From Escherichia phage vB_EcoM_NBG2, in sequence record NC_054925.1: a stretch of DNA of 64,000 bases. The stretch is one strand, 5' to 3'. Each line of letters starts with the position of its first letter. Within the stretch, counting starts at the first letter, position 1. The translations under genes and the position numbers were made by a program. The notes beneath the pieces were generated by a model. The model was not told the DNA's origin and searched no databases. It saw only the letters and a list, made by a program, of their open reading frames with translations. Positions 53,601-63,014 of this stretch are shown one piece after another.

Positions 53601-54500
53601 GATGAAACGTCTAGTCACTTTTATTCTCAGCGCAATAAAGCTGGTAATATAACATTTAATATCAATGGTACAGTAACACCGATAAATGTGAATGCTTCAG
53701 GAACATTGAATGCGAATGGCGTTGCAACATTCGGTAGTTCAGTTACTGCTAATGGCGAATTTATCAGTAAATCGTCGAATGCTTTTAGAGCAATAAATGG
53801 TGATTACGGATTCTTTATTCGTAATGATGGTGCTAACACCTATTTTATGCTTACTGCATCTGGTGATCAGACTGGTGGGTTTAATGGATTACGTCCATTA
53901 TCAATTAATAATCAATCTGGTCAGGTTACAATTGGTGAAAGCTTAATCATTGCCAAAGGTGCTACTATAACTTCAGGTGGTTTAACTGTTAACTCGAGAA
54001 TTCGTTCTCAGGGTACTAAAACCTCTGATTTATATACCCGTGCGCCAACATCTGATACTGTAGGATTCTGGTCAATCGATATTAATGATTCAGCCACTTA
54101 TAACCAGTTCCCGGGTTATTTTAAAATGGTTGAAAAAACTAATGAAGTGACTGGGCTTCCATACTTAGAACGCGGTGAAGAGGTTAAATCTCCTGGTACG
54201 CTGACTCAATTTGGTAACACACTCGATTCGCTTTACCAAGATTGGATTACTTATCCAACGACCCCAGAAGCGCGCACCACTCGCTGGACGCGTACATGGC
54301 AGAAAACCAAAAATTCTTGGTCAAGCTTTGTTCAGGTATTTGATGGAGGTAACCCTCCTCAGCCATCTGATATCGGTGCTTTACCATCTGATAATGCTAT
54401 AATGGGGAATCTTACTATTCGTGATTTCTTACGAATTGGTAATGTTCGCATTATTCCTGACCCAGTGAATAAAACGGTTAAATTTGAATGGGTTGAATAA
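50631..54500 (+). CDS. 34: long tail fibre proximal subunit gp34
   Basis: 1289 aa as in T4, internal repeat motifs, synteny 34-35-36-37. Confidence 0.95.
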   Translation: MAEIKRKFRAEDGLDAGGDKIINVALADRTVGTDGVNVDYLIQENTVQQYDPTRGYLKDFVIIYDNRFWAAINDIPKPAGAFNSVRWRALRTDANWTTVSSGPYQLKSGESISVDTAAGNDITFTLPSSPIDGDTIVLQDIGGKPGVNQVLITAPVQSIVNFRGQQVRSVLMTHPKSQIVLIFSNRLWQMYVADYSREAAIVTPASLYQAQSNDFIVRRFTSAAPINIKLPRFANHGDIINFVDLDKLNPLYHTIVTTYDETTSVQEVGTHSIEGRTSIDGFLMFDDNEKLWRLFDGDSKARLRIITTNSNIRPNEEVMVFGANNGTTQTIELQLPTDISVGDTVKISMNYMRKGQTVKIKAAGEDKIASSVQLLQFPKRSEYPPEAEWVTVQELVFNGETNYVPVLQLAYIEDSDGKYWVVQQNVPTVERVDSLNDSTRARLGVIALATQAQANVDLENSPQKELAITPETLANRTATETRRGIARIATTAQVNQDTTFSFADDIIITPKKLNERTATETRRGVAEIATQQETNAGTDDTTIITPKKLQARQGSESLSGIVTFVSTAGATPASSRELNGTNVYNKNTNNLVVSPKALDQYKATPTQQGAVILAVESEVIAGQSQEGWANAVVTPETLHKKTSTDGRIGLIEIATQSEVNTGTDYTRAVTPKTLNDRRATESLSGIAEIATQVEFDAGVDDTRISTPLKIKTRFNSTDRTSVVALSGLVESGTLWDHYTLNILEANETQRGTLRVATQVEAAAGTLDNVLITPKKLLGTKSTEAQEGVIKVATQSETVTGTSANTAVSPKNLKWIVQSEPTWAATTAIRGFVKTSSGSITFVGNDTVGSTQSLELYEKNSYAVSPYELNRVLANYLPLKAKAVDSNLLDGLDSSQFIRRDIAQTVNGSLTLTQQTNLSAPLVSSSTATFGGSVSANSTLTISNTGTATRLIFEKGPQTGTNPAQTMTVKVWGNQFSGESDTTRSTVFEVSDETSSHFYSQRNKAGNITFNINGTVTPINVNASGTLNANGVATFGSSVTANGEFISKSSNAFRAINGDYGFFIRNDGANTYFMLTASGDQTGGFNGLRPLSINNQSGQVTIGESLIIAKGATITSGGLTVNSRIRSQGTKTSDLYTRAPTSDTVGFWSIDINDSATYNQFPGYFKMVEKTNEVTGLPYLERGEEVKSPGTLTQFGNTLDSLYQDWITYPTTPEARTTRWTRTWQKTKNSWSSFVQVFDGGNPPQPSDIGALPSDNAIMGNLTIRDFLRIGNVRIIPDPVNKTVKFEWVE

Positions 54501-54508
54501 GAGGTATT

Positions 54509-55627
54509 ATGGAAAAATTTATGGCAGAGTTTGGACAAGGATATGTCCAAACGCCATTTTTATCGGAAAGCAATTCAGTAAGATATAAAATAAGTATAGC
54601 GGGTTCTTGCCCGCTTTCTACTGCAGAAGGACCATACGTTAAATTTCAGGATAATCCTGTTGGAAGTCAAACATTTAGCGCAGGACTTCATTTAAGAGTT
54701 TTTGACCCTTCTACAGGAGCATTAGTTGATAGTAAGTCATATGCTTTTTCGGCTTCAAATGATACTACATCAGCTGCTTTTGTTGGTTTCATGAACTCTT
54801 TGACGAATAATAGACTTGTTGCTATATTAACTAACGGAAAAGTTAATTTTCCTCCTGAGGTAGTATCTTGGATAAGAACCGCAGGAACGTCTGCTTTTCC
54901 ATCTGATTCTGTATTGTCAAGATTTGACGTATCATATGCTGCCTTTTATACTTCTTCTAAAAGAGCTATTGCATTGGAACATGTTAAACTAAGTAATAGA
55001 AAAAGCACAGATGACTATCAAACTATTTTAGATGTTGTATTTGATAGTTTAGAAGACGTCGGAGCTACAGGATTTCCTAAAAGAACATATGAAAGTGTCG
55101 AGCAATTCATGTCAGCAGTTGGTGGAACTAATAACGAAATTGCGCGATTACCAACTTCAGCTGCTATAAGTAAACTATCTGATTATAATTTAATTCCTGG
55201 TGATGTTCTTTATCTTAAAGCACAGTTATATGCTGATGCTGATTTACTTGATCTTGGAACTACAAATATATCCATTCGTTTTTATGATGCATCAAATGGA
55301 TATATTTCTTCAACACATGCTGAGTTTACTGGACAAGCTGGGTCATGGGAATTAAAGGAAGATTATGTAGTTATTCCAGAAAATGCAGTAGGATTTACGA
55401 TATATGCACAAAGAACTGCTCAAGCTGGTCAAGGTGGCATGAGGAATTTAAGCTTTTCGGAAGTGTCAAGAAATGGAAGTATTTCGAAACCTGCTGAATT
55501 TGGTATCAACGGCATTCGTGTTAATTATATCTGTGAATCTGCTTCACCTCCGGATATAATGGTACTTCCTACGCAAGCATCGTCTAAAGCTGGTAAAGTA
55601 TTTGGGCAAGAATTTAGAGAAGTATAA
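54509..55627 (+). CDS. 35: long tail fibre hinge protein gp35
   Basis: 372 aa, synteny. Confidence 0.9.
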   Translation: MEKFMAEFGQGYVQTPFLSESNSVRYKISIAGSCPLSTAEGPYVKFQDNPVGSQTFSAGLHLRVFDPSTGALVDSKSYAFSASNDTTSAAFVGFMNSLTNNRLVAILTNGKVNFPPEVVSWIRTAGTSAFPSDSVLSRFDVSYAAFYTSSKRAIALEHVKLSNRKSTDDYQTILDVVFDSLEDVGATGFPKRTYESVEQFMSAVGGTNNEIARLPTSAAISKLSDYNLIPGDVLYLKAQLYADADLLDLGTTNISIRFYDASNGYISSTHAEFTGQAGSWELKEDYVVIPENAVGFTIYAQRTAQAGQGGMRNLSFSEVSRNGSISKPAEFGINGIRVNYICESASPPDIMVLPTQASSKAGKVFGQEFREV

Positions 55628-55632
55628 ATTGA

Positions 55633-55658
55633 GGGAGCCTTCGGGTTCCCTTTTTCTT
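55633..55658 (+). terminator. terminator after gene 35
   Basis: GGGAGCC-UUCG-GGUUCCC hairpin followed by TTTTTCTTT. Confidence 0.7.
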
Positions 55659-55666
55659 TATAAATA
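55659..55666 (+). promoter_or_regulatory. late promoter (TATAAATA) for gene 36
   Basis: Exact TATAAATA 24 nt upstream of the gene 36 ATG. Confidence 0.7.
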
Positions 55667-55689
55667 CTATTAAAATAAAGGGGCATACA

Positions 55690-56346
55690 ATGGCTGATTT
55701 AAAAGTAGGTTCAACAACTGGAGGCTCTGTCATTTGGCATCAAGGAAATTTTCCATTGAATCCAGCCGGTGACGATGTACTCTATAAATCATTTAAAATA
55801 TATTCAGAATATAATAAGCCACAAGCTGCTGATAACGATTTCGTTTCTAAAGCTAACGGTGGTACGTATTTAAATAAAGTAATTTTTAATAAAGGAATGA
55901 CTGTTCCTGGTGCAGGGTCAGGTGACAACGGTATTTTTGCTGGTCCTGGTGATAATGCCACATATGATACTACAAATATGGATATTGTTTCGTGGTATGG
56001 TATTGGTTTTAAATCATCACAGGGTTCAGCGGGTAGAACTGTAGTAATTAACACGCGAAATGGAGATATTAGCTCAAAGGGTGTAATTGAAGCATCACAA
56101 ATACGCGCAACTTCATTATCTCCAGTAAATAATTATGACCTTACACGGAAAGATTATGTTGATGGAGCAATAAATATTGTTACAGCAAACGCAAACTCTA
56201 GGGTATTACGCTCTGGAGATACTATGACAGGAAATTTAACTGCGCCAAACCTTTTTTCGCAGAATCCTGCATCTCAACCTTCACATGTTCCACGATTTGA
56301 TCAAATTGTTATTAAGGATTCTGTTCAAGATTTCGGCTATTATTAA
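55690..56346 (+). CDS. 36: long tail fibre distal connector gp36
   Basis: 218 aa, synteny. Confidence 0.9.
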   Translation: MADLKVGSTTGGSVIWHQGNFPLNPAGDDVLYKSFKIYSEYNKPQAADNDFVSKANGGTYLNKVIFNKGMTVPGAGSGDNGIFAGPGDNATYDTTNMDIVSWYGIGFKSSQGSAGRTVVINTRNGDISSKGVIEASQIRATSLSPVNNYDLTRKDYVDGAINIVTANANSRVLRSGDTMTGNLTAPNLFSQNPASQPSHVPRFDQIVIKDSVQDFGYY

Positions 56347-56354
56347 GAGGACTT

Positions 56355-59300
56355 ATGGCTACTTTAAAACAAATACAATTTAAAAGAAGCAAAACTGCAG
56401 GAGCACGTCCTGCCGCTTCAGTATTAGCCGAAGGTGAATTGGCTATAAACTTAAAAGACCGCGTACTTTTTACTAAAGACGACCAAGGAAATATCATTGA
56501 TCTTGGTTTTGCTAAGGGCGGTAGCATTGACGGGAATGTTATTCATATAGGAAACTATAATCAAACTGGTGATTATACTTTAAATGGCGCTTTCACTCAG
56601 ACAGGTAATTTTAATTTAACTGGTATTGCTCGAGTAACTCGCGATATTATTGCCGCCGGGCAGATTATGACTGAGGGCGGAGAACTTATTACAAAAAGTT
56701 CAGGTACAGCGCATGTTCGTTTTTTCGATGGCAATAACCGCGAACGCGGAATAATTTATGCCCCGGCTAATGATGGATTAACTACACAAGTACTTAATAT
56801 CAGGGTTCAAGACTACGCCGCTGGTGATGAAAGCACCTATGCATTTTCAGGCAGTGGCCTATTTACTTCACCTGAAGTATCAGCATGGAAATCTATTTCG
56901 TCTCCACAAATTCTGACCGATAAAGTTATTACAGATGGGAAGAAGACGGGCGATTATGATATATCTTCATTAGCAAATAATAATTCTGACACAGATAAAA
57001 ACTATTTGCGCATTGTACGTACCGACCCAGCGGCCGCAATGCTCCATGAAATTTGTGAAAATAACGGCATCAGTTGGTATTCTGGTTCAACCCCTACTGA
57101 TTACATGTTGTCATTTTCTTATTCCGGTGGGCTTCAAGCAGGCCATTCAATTGCAGTAGGTATGGAATCAAGTCCTATGACATATTCAGCCTTAGGTAAA
57201 GGTTCTATTGCTATTGGCGATAATGATACCGGATTTAAATGGCATCAGGACGGATATTTTCATGCAGTAAACAACGGAACAAGAACTTTCATTTACGGTC
57301 CTGCGGAAACACAAAGCCTTAGAAAAATGGTTATGGGTTATTCTCCGGATGGGATTCTTATGACAACGCCACCGACAGAAAACTATGCATTAGCCACTGT
57401 TGTTACTTACCATGATAATAACGCGTATGGTGACGGTCAAACTCTTTTAGGATATTATCAAGGCGGTAACTATCATCACTATTTCCGCGGTAAGGGTACC
57501 ACAAACATTAATACTCATGGCGGTTTGTTAGTTACTCCAGGCAATATTGACGTTATTGGTGGTTCGGTTAATATTGATGGTAGAAATAATAATTCAATTT
57601 TAATGTTTAAAGGCTATACCATGGGTCAAAGCTCCGTTGATAACATGTATATAGCTGTTTGGGGAAATACTTTTACTAATCCAAGTGAAGGCACCCGTAA
57701 AAATGTCATGGAAATTTCTGATGATATTGGATGGATGCATTATATTCAACGAACAACTGCGGGTAAAATCGAATCGGTTATAAATGGCACCCAGATTGTT
57801 AATGAAAACTTTACAGTAGTAAAAAATGCTACATTTGACGGTACAATCAGCGCAGCCGGTGAAATCGCGACAAATGCTGTAAATGGTCTTCGCATTTGGA
57901 ACGCAGATTATGGAGCTATTTTTAGACGTTCAGAAGGCAGTCTTCATATTATTCCAACTGCTTATGGTGAAGGTAAACATGGCGATATCGGTCCACTTCG
58001 CCCGTTTAGTATGGCTTTAGATACCGGTAAAGTTACTATTCCAGATTTACAATCAAGTTACAATACGTTCGCTGCGAACGGCTATATTAAATTTGTTGGT
58101 CATGGCGCTGGCGCTGGTGGTTATGATATTCAATATGTTCAAGCGGCTCCTATTTTCCAGGAAATCGATGATGATGCTGTAAACAAATATTATCCGATTG
58201 TTAAGCAAAAATACCTTCAAGGTAAAGCAGTTTGGTCTTTAGGTACTGAAATTAATTCAGGTACATTCGTGATACACCATATCAAAGAAGATGGAACACA
58301 GGGCCATACATCAAGATTTAATGCTGATGGTACAGTTAACTTCCCGGATAACGTTCTGGTCGGCGGTGATATTAACATGAAAGGCTTGATGACTTTTGAC
58401 GCCGGACGTTTAGGATCACGAGATTATTTTAAATTTAACCATTGGGGTGATAGCAATAACGCTCGTGATAACATCATCCAGTTAGAAGATAGTCAAGGCG
58501 CCCATTTTTCCACTGAACGTACTTTAGCGACAGGTGCAATTAAAACTCGTTTCTTTGGCGAAACATTCACTGATGGTACATTATACTTAAATCAGATGAA
58601 TAATAGCTCTGAACGATTCTCTATCAACAATTGGGGAAATTCAGAAGTTGGTCGCGCGGCAGTATTGGAAGTCGGCGATTCAAAAGGTTATCACTTCTAT
58701 GCTGAACGCAGGACAGATAACAGTTTGATGTTTGATGTTGCTGGTTCTTTGACCGTGCATGGACCTAGCGGAATAACCATCAAAAACTCAACTGGTGCTC
58801 GCCATATCTGGTTTAGAGATGATAGCGATGCAGAAAAGGCTGTTATCTGGGCTACAGATGAGGGTATTTTACATATACGAAATAATCATGGGGGTTCATT
58901 TAGTCATCACTTCCAGGGTGCAATGATTAAAGCGGGAGAGCAAGTTCCTTATAATAGTGAATACGCTCTTATCCGTGGTGATGTTTTTGGTGGTGCTTGG
59001 GATGACTGGCGCAACCGTCCTGCTGGTATTCTCTTAGATTGTCAGGATTCACATACCCGAGCATATTCAATTTGGAAAGCAACTCATTGGGGTGTTGATC
59101 ATCTTGCGGCAATGGGTGTTCATGCTGTCGGTGGTCAAGCTACCGTAATGATGCATATGAACAAAGGCGGCTGGTATTCATGGACTGCAAATGGTGATTT
59201 CATATCTAGTGCGTCGGTTTACTGTAACGATGTTTATATTCGTTCCGACCGTCGTCTGAAAATTAACGTTGAAGACTACGAAGAAAATGCGGTAGATAAG

Positions 59301-59597
59301 GTAAATAAACTAAAAGTTAAAACCTACGATAAAGTTAAGTCTCTTTCTGACCGAGAAGTCATCGCACATGAGATTGGTATTATCGCGCAGGATTTACAAG
59401 AAATTTTACCGGAAGCTGTTAGCACTTCTAATGTCGGATCTCTTGATAACCCAGAAGAGATTTTAACAATTTCTAACTCTACAGTGAATGCTCTTTTAAT
59501 TAAGGCTATTCAGGAAATGAGTGAAGAAATTAAAGAATTGAAAACGCCTCTCTTTACTAAAATTGCTCGCAAAATTAGTAAATATTTTAAATTCTAA
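56355..59597 (+). CDS. 37: long tail fibre distal subunit gp37 with C-terminal intramolecular chaperone-like domain
   Basis: 1080 aa; C-terminal about 117 aa begins ...YIRSDRRLKINVEDYEENAV..., resembling self-cleaving chaperone domains of other phage fibres. Confidence 0.9.
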   Translation: MATLKQIQFKRSKTAGARPAASVLAEGELAINLKDRVLFTKDDQGNIIDLGFAKGGSIDGNVIHIGNYNQTGDYTLNGAFTQTGNFNLTGIARVTRDIIAAGQIMTEGGELITKSSGTAHVRFFDGNNRERGIIYAPANDGLTTQVLNIRVQDYAAGDESTYAFSGSGLFTSPEVSAWKSISSPQILTDKVITDGKKTGDYDISSLANNNSDTDKNYLRIVRTDPAAAMLHEICENNGISWYSGSTPTDYMLSFSYSGGLQAGHSIAVGMESSPMTYSALGKGSIAIGDNDTGFKWHQDGYFHAVNNGTRTFIYGPAETQSLRKMVMGYSPDGILMTTPPTENYALATVVTYHDNNAYGDGQTLLGYYQGGNYHHYFRGKGTTNINTHGGLLVTPGNIDVIGGSVNIDGRNNNSILMFKGYTMGQSSVDNMYIAVWGNTFTNPSEGTRKNVMEISDDIGWMHYIQRTTAGKIESVINGTQIVNENFTVVKNATFDGTISAAGEIATNAVNGLRIWNADYGAIFRRSEGSLHIIPTAYGEGKHGDIGPLRPFSMALDTGKVTIPDLQSSYNTFAANGYIKFVGHGAGAGGYDIQYVQAAPIFQEIDDDAVNKYYPIVKQKYLQGKAVWSLGTEINSGTFVIHHIKEDGTQGHTSRFNADGTVNFPDNVLVGGDINMKGLMTFDAGRLGSRDYFKFNHWGDSNNARDNIIQLEDSQGAHFSTERTLATGAIKTRFFGETFTDGTLYLNQMNNSSERFSINNWGNSEVGRAAVLEVGDSKGYHFYAERRTDNSLMFDVAGSLTVHGPSGITIKNSTGARHIWFRDDSDAEKAVIWATDEGILHIRNNHGGSFSHHFQGAMIKAGEQVPYNSEYALIRGDVFGGAWDDWRNRPAGILLDCQDSHTRAYSIWKATHWGVDHLAAMGVHAVGGQATVMMHMNKGGWYSWTANGDFISSASVYCNDVYIRSDRRLKINVEDYEENAVDKVNKLKVKTYDKVKSLSDREVIAHEIGIIAQDLQEILPEAVSTSNVGSLDNPEEILTISNSTVNALLIKAIQEMSEEIKELKTPLFTKIARKISKYFKF

Positions 59598-59603
59598 CAA
59601 CAA

Positions 59604-59621
59604 GGGGGAAATGCCCCCTTT
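59604..59621 (+). terminator. weak hairpin after gene 37
   Basis: GGGGG-AAAUG-CCCCC followed by only UUU. Confidence 0.4.
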
Positions 59622-59633
59622 GGAGTATAAATT

Positions 59634-60413
59634 ATGGCAGTAGTTGGAGTTCCTGGCTGGATTGGAAGTTCAGCCGTAAATGAAACGGGTCAGCGCTGGA
59701 TGAGTCAAGCAGCTGGTCAATTAAGATTGGGTGTTCCTTGCTGGATGAGTCAATTTGCAGGTCGCTCAAGAGAAATTATTCATACACTTGGAGCAGACCA
59801 TAACTTCAATGGTCAATGGTTCCGAGATAGATGTTTTGAGGCAGGTAGTACACCTATAGTGTTTAATATCACTGGAGATTTAGTATCATATTCTAAAGAT
59901 GTTCCTTTATTCTTCATGTACGGAGATACACCGAATGAATATGTTCAGTTGAATATACACGGCGTAACGATGTATGGACGTGGCGGTAATGGCGGTAGCA
60001 ATAGTCCTGGTTCAGCTGGAGGTCATTGTATTCAAAACGATATTGGTGGGAGACTAAGAATTAATAATGGCGGAGCTATTGCTGGAGGCGGCGGTGGCGG
60101 CGGCGGCGGCAACAGGGGTAGACTATCCTTTGGCGGCGGAGGCGGTCGTCCATTTGGCGCTGGTGGGTCTTCCTCTCATATGAGTGCTGGTGCAACCAGC
60201 GGCACTATTTACGCTCCGGGTGCAGGATCTGTCGGTGAGGGGTCTCTTAGTGCATATACAGGCGGGAATGGCGGTGAAGTTGGCTCCGCAGGAGGTAGAT
60301 GTAATACTCACGGTACCGGTACAGAATATGACGGCGGTGCTGCTGGTTATGCCGTCATAGGGTCTACACCGACATGGCAAAATGTTGGAGCAATATATGG
60401 TCCAAGAGTATAA
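59634..60413 (+). CDS. 38: tail fibre tip adhesin gp38 (T2/T6-type, glycine-rich motifs)
   Basis: 259 aa with several poly-Gly motifs separated by short variable segments; unlike the 183-aa T4 gp38 chaperone. Confidence 0.85.
   Translation: MAVVGVPGWIGSSAVNETGQRWMSQAAGQLRLGVPCWMSQFAGRSREIIHTLGADHNFNGQWFRDRCFEAGSTPIVFNITGDLVSYSKDVPLFFMYGDTPNEYVQLNIHGVTMYGRGGNGGSNSPGSAGGHCIQNDIGGRLRINNGGAIAGGGGGGGGGNRGRLSFGGGGGRPFGAGGSSSHMSAGATSGTIYAPGAGSVGEGSLSAYTGGNGGEVGSAGGRCNTHGTGTEYDGGAAGYAVIGSTPTWQNVGAIYGPRV
60084..60110 (+). repeat. (GGN)9 codon tract inside gene 38
   Basis: ggaggcggcggtggcggcggcggcggc encoding nine consecutive Gly. Confidence 0.9.
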
Positions 60414-60443
60414 TTTGAATAAATATCCTTAAAAGGAGGGTCT

Positions 60444-61100
60444 ATGGCAGCACCTAGAATATCATTTTCGCCCTCTGATATTCTATTTGGTGTTCTAGAT
60501 CGCTTGTTCAAAGATAATGCTACCGGGAAAGTTCTTGCTTCCCGGGTAGCTGTCGTAATTCTTTTGTTTATAATGGCGATTGTTTGGTATAGGGGAGATA
60601 GTTTCTTTGAGTACTATAAGCAATCAAAGTATGAAACATACAGTGAAATTATTGAAAAGGAAAGAACTGCACGCTTTGAATCTGTCGCCCTGGAACAACT
60701 CCAGATAGTTCATATATCATCTGAGGCAGACTTTAGTGCGGTGTATTCTTTCCGCCCTAAAAACTTAAACTATTTTGTTGATATTATAGCATATGAAGGA
60801 AAATTACCTTCAACAATAAGTGAAAAATCACTTGGAGGATATCCTGTTGATAAAACTATGGATGAATATACAGTTCATTTAAATGGACGTCATTATTATT
60901 CCAACTCAAAATTTGCTTTTTTACCAACTAAAAAGCCTACTCCCGAAATAAACTACATGTACAGTTGTCCATATTTTAATTTGGATAATATCTATGCTGG
61001 AACGATAACCATGTACTGGTATAGAAATGATCATATAAGTAATGACCGCCTTGAATCAATATGTGCTCAGGCGGCCAGAATATTAGGAAGGGCTAAATAA
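60444..61100 (+). CDS. t: holin T
   Basis: 218 aa; single N-terminal TM and large periplasmic domain; sequence recognised as T4 T. Confidence 0.95.
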   Translation: MAAPRISFSPSDILFGVLDRLFKDNATGKVLASRVAVVILLFIMAIVWYRGDSFFEYYKQSKYETYSEIIEKERTARFESVALEQLQIVHISSEADFSAVYSFRPKNLNYFVDIIAYEGKLPSTISEKSLGGYPVDKTMDEYTVHLNGRHYYSNSKFAFLPTKKPTPEINYMYSCPYFNLDNIYAGTITMYWYRNDHISNDRLESICAQAARILGRAK

Positions 61101-61373
61101 TTATTTGTTCGTATACATCTCTAGATATCGATATACACTCTCAAAACCCTCGTTGAATTCGTCGATGAGGGTTTTCTTATCTTCTTGAGTTAATTCAGAA
61201 ACAATTTTACGGAATGAATTCTGATTTAACTTTCTACCTTCATGCGTTACTCCAATCTCATTCAGAAATGCAATAAAATTAGCACGATTTTCAACAATAT
61301 CTTCTCTGGAAAATTTAATCAAAATAGACGCAACAGTAATAATTTCACGAACTGTATCAATGTTTTTATTCAT
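61101..61373 (-). CDS. asiA: anti-sigma70 factor AsiA
   Basis: 90 aa; sequence recognised (MNKNIDTVREIITVASILIKFSREDIVENRANFIAF...). Confidence 0.95.
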   Translation of the reverse strand: MNKNIDTVREIITVASILIKFSREDIVENRANFIAFLNEIGVTHEGRKLNQNSFRKIVSELTQEDKKTLIDEFNEGFESVYRYLEMYTNK

Positions 61374-61382
61374 TAACTATAC

Positions 61383-61538
61383 CACTCAATTAGTTGACTT
61401 TGTTATAATATCATCAGACACTTGATTTGTAAACTGGTCTGTGTTATTTTCTTCAAAAATTTTTTCTACGAATTCCTTGAACGACTCGCGTTCCTGAGCT
61501 ACATTATGCTCGATTACCTTTTCAAGATTATGACTCAT
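61383..61538 (-). CDS. small ORF (51 aa), ATGA-coupled to arn
   Basis: ATG overlaps the arn stop (ATGA); below ORF-track size cutoff. Confidence 0.4.
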
Positions 61539-61813
61539 TCGAAATAATCTTCAATTTCGTAATCATGGACATAAATCATTATAGTTTTTAATACATCATC
61601 AATACTTTTTCCTGGAGCTGGAATTACGTAAAAATATCCTGCTTTTGAGAGGTCTTTATAAGTTCCAATCAAGAAATCATTATTCTCAAGATGTAACTCT
61701 TCAACTAATTCATTGACAATTGAATGGTATAGGTTTGGTAGAAACTTATATAGCTTTTCTAGAATATCAATTTTGATTGTGTATTGAACCACGGACTGAG
61801 AATCAATAATCAT
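61535..61813 (-). CDS. arn: Arn, anti-restriction nuclease (McrBC inhibitor)
   Basis: 92 aa, acidic, position between asiA and motA as in T4. Confidence 0.7.
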   Translation of the reverse strand: MIIDSQSVVQYTIKIDILEKLYKFLPNLYHSIVNELVEELHLENNDFLIGTYKDLSKAGYFYVIPAPGKSIDDVLKTIMIYVHDYEIEDYFE

Positions 61814-61896
61814 AGACCTTCCCCTTATGTTTCTGTTTGCGATTAGATTCTTTAAACGCTTTCTTCTTATCCTTATGAACAGAAGCTTTATTAAAA

Positions 61897-62115
61897 TTAT
61901 GCTTTGCGACTAAATTGTTCATAGTGCTGAATTACCTCTCTTAAACATTTGCATGTGAATGAAAACTTTTTAGCTACACCACATTCAAATATATGTTCTC
62001 TTAAATCGTGTGTATCGGTATATCCCATCTCAACAATAAAATGTCGTATTAGATTTTTATCTTTATCATTGAGAGAATTAAAATAATCAGATTTTGAATT
62101 AATTTCCCTGGCCAA
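61897..62115 (-). CDS. hypothetical protein
   Basis: 72-aa ORF. Confidence 0.5.
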   Translation of the reverse strand: MAREINSKSDYFNSLNDKDKNLIRHFIVEMGYTDTHDLREHIFECGVAKKFSFTCKCLREVIQHYEQFSRKA

Positions 62116-62395
62116 ATTGAATCACCTTCAGTTGACGTTTTAACTCTTTTATCATCTCTTCGTTCATTGCAATATAAAGATCGCGTAGAGCAGGTTTTAG
62201 CATTCCATTTACCGGAGAACTAAATGGACATACATAATCTTTTCCTACGAGCTTTTTGGCGAATTCCATATCGCAGAACTTAAATCCCGGCTCATTGGTA
62301 TAAATTCCCCAATTAGTTGACATCATTTTATTGGCATATTCCAATGCCTGGATTTGATTAGTAATTCCATCAATTTGAAACTTTTTAATATTCAT
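62099..62395 (-). CDS. hypothetical protein
   Basis: 98-aa ORF. Confidence 0.5.
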   Translation of the reverse strand: MNIKKFQIDGITNQIQALEYANKMMSTNWGIYTNEPGFKFCDMEFAKKLVGKDYVCPFSSPVNGMLKPALRDLYIAMNEEMIKELKRQLKVIQFGQGN

Positions 62396-62862
62396 TAGTA
62401 AAGGTCCTCAGAGTAAAGTTCTTTTTCACTACCACCACGTTCAATACGCACTTGTCCAGCGTAAGTTGCAATAATCATTGCTTCTTCACGTGTCCAATAA
62501 TTACTATATTGGTCAATAAATCCTTGGTCTTCACCACAAACATGGTCTGATACAAGTTTATCACTTACCTGGTCAAGAACTTCAGCCATATCTTTAGAAT
62601 AATGACGAGCACCAGGAATAACCAGAGTCCCACCATCTTTTAACTTAAAGCGGTTGGCTGCACACACAATTCGACGTTGATATTTTTCATTATTGTTCCA
62701 ATGAGCTACTTGCCAACAGATTTCAGGAACCTCTTCTAAAACATCCTCTTCCGTATATTCGGTGTAGTCGCCATAGGCCTGTAATTTAGCTGCTAGACTT
62801 TCTGGAGTTTCACGTAATAAAGCCAGGTCTAATAATTCAAGACGCTCTTTGAAGGTTTTCAT
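62395..62862 (-). CDS. hypothetical protein
   Basis: 155-aa ORF, ATGA-coupled on both sides. Confidence 0.55.
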   Translation of the reverse strand: MKTFKERLELLDLALLRETPESLAAKLQAYGDYTEYTEEDVLEEVPEICWQVAHWNNNEKYQRRIVCAANRFKLKDGGTLVIPGARHYSKDMAEVLDQVSDKLVSDHVCGEDQGFIDQYSNYWTREEAMIIATYAGQVRIERGGSEKELYSEDLY

Positions 62863-63014
62863 TTGGTTTCCTCAACACTTTTAATTTTTATAGCTTGTTT
62901 AGAACTTTCAAAGCATTGACAATATACTCTTACCGCATCAAACTGGTTGGCCGCTTTAAGATGGACTACACCTTCGCCGTTATAAAATTCTACAACAATT
63001 TTAAATGTTTTCAT
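62859..63014 (-). CDS. small ORF (51 aa), ATGA-coupled on both sides
   Basis: [35 protein letters not shown]...; below ORF-track cutoff. Confidence 0.4.
   Translation of the reverse strand: MKTFKIVVEFYNGEGVVHLKAANQFDAVRVYCQCFESSKQAIKIKSVEETK

Noticed and set aside
59626-59633. TATAAATT immediately before the gene 38 ATG as a late promoter
   Set aside because: Not an exact TATAAATA and it abuts the start codon; it is part of the ribosome-binding region.
61897-61922. 42-aa highly basic minus-strand ORF (MNNLVAKHNFNKASVHKDKKK...) overlapping the arn start
   Set aside because: Overlaps two other ORFs in a different frame with no clear ribosome-binding site.
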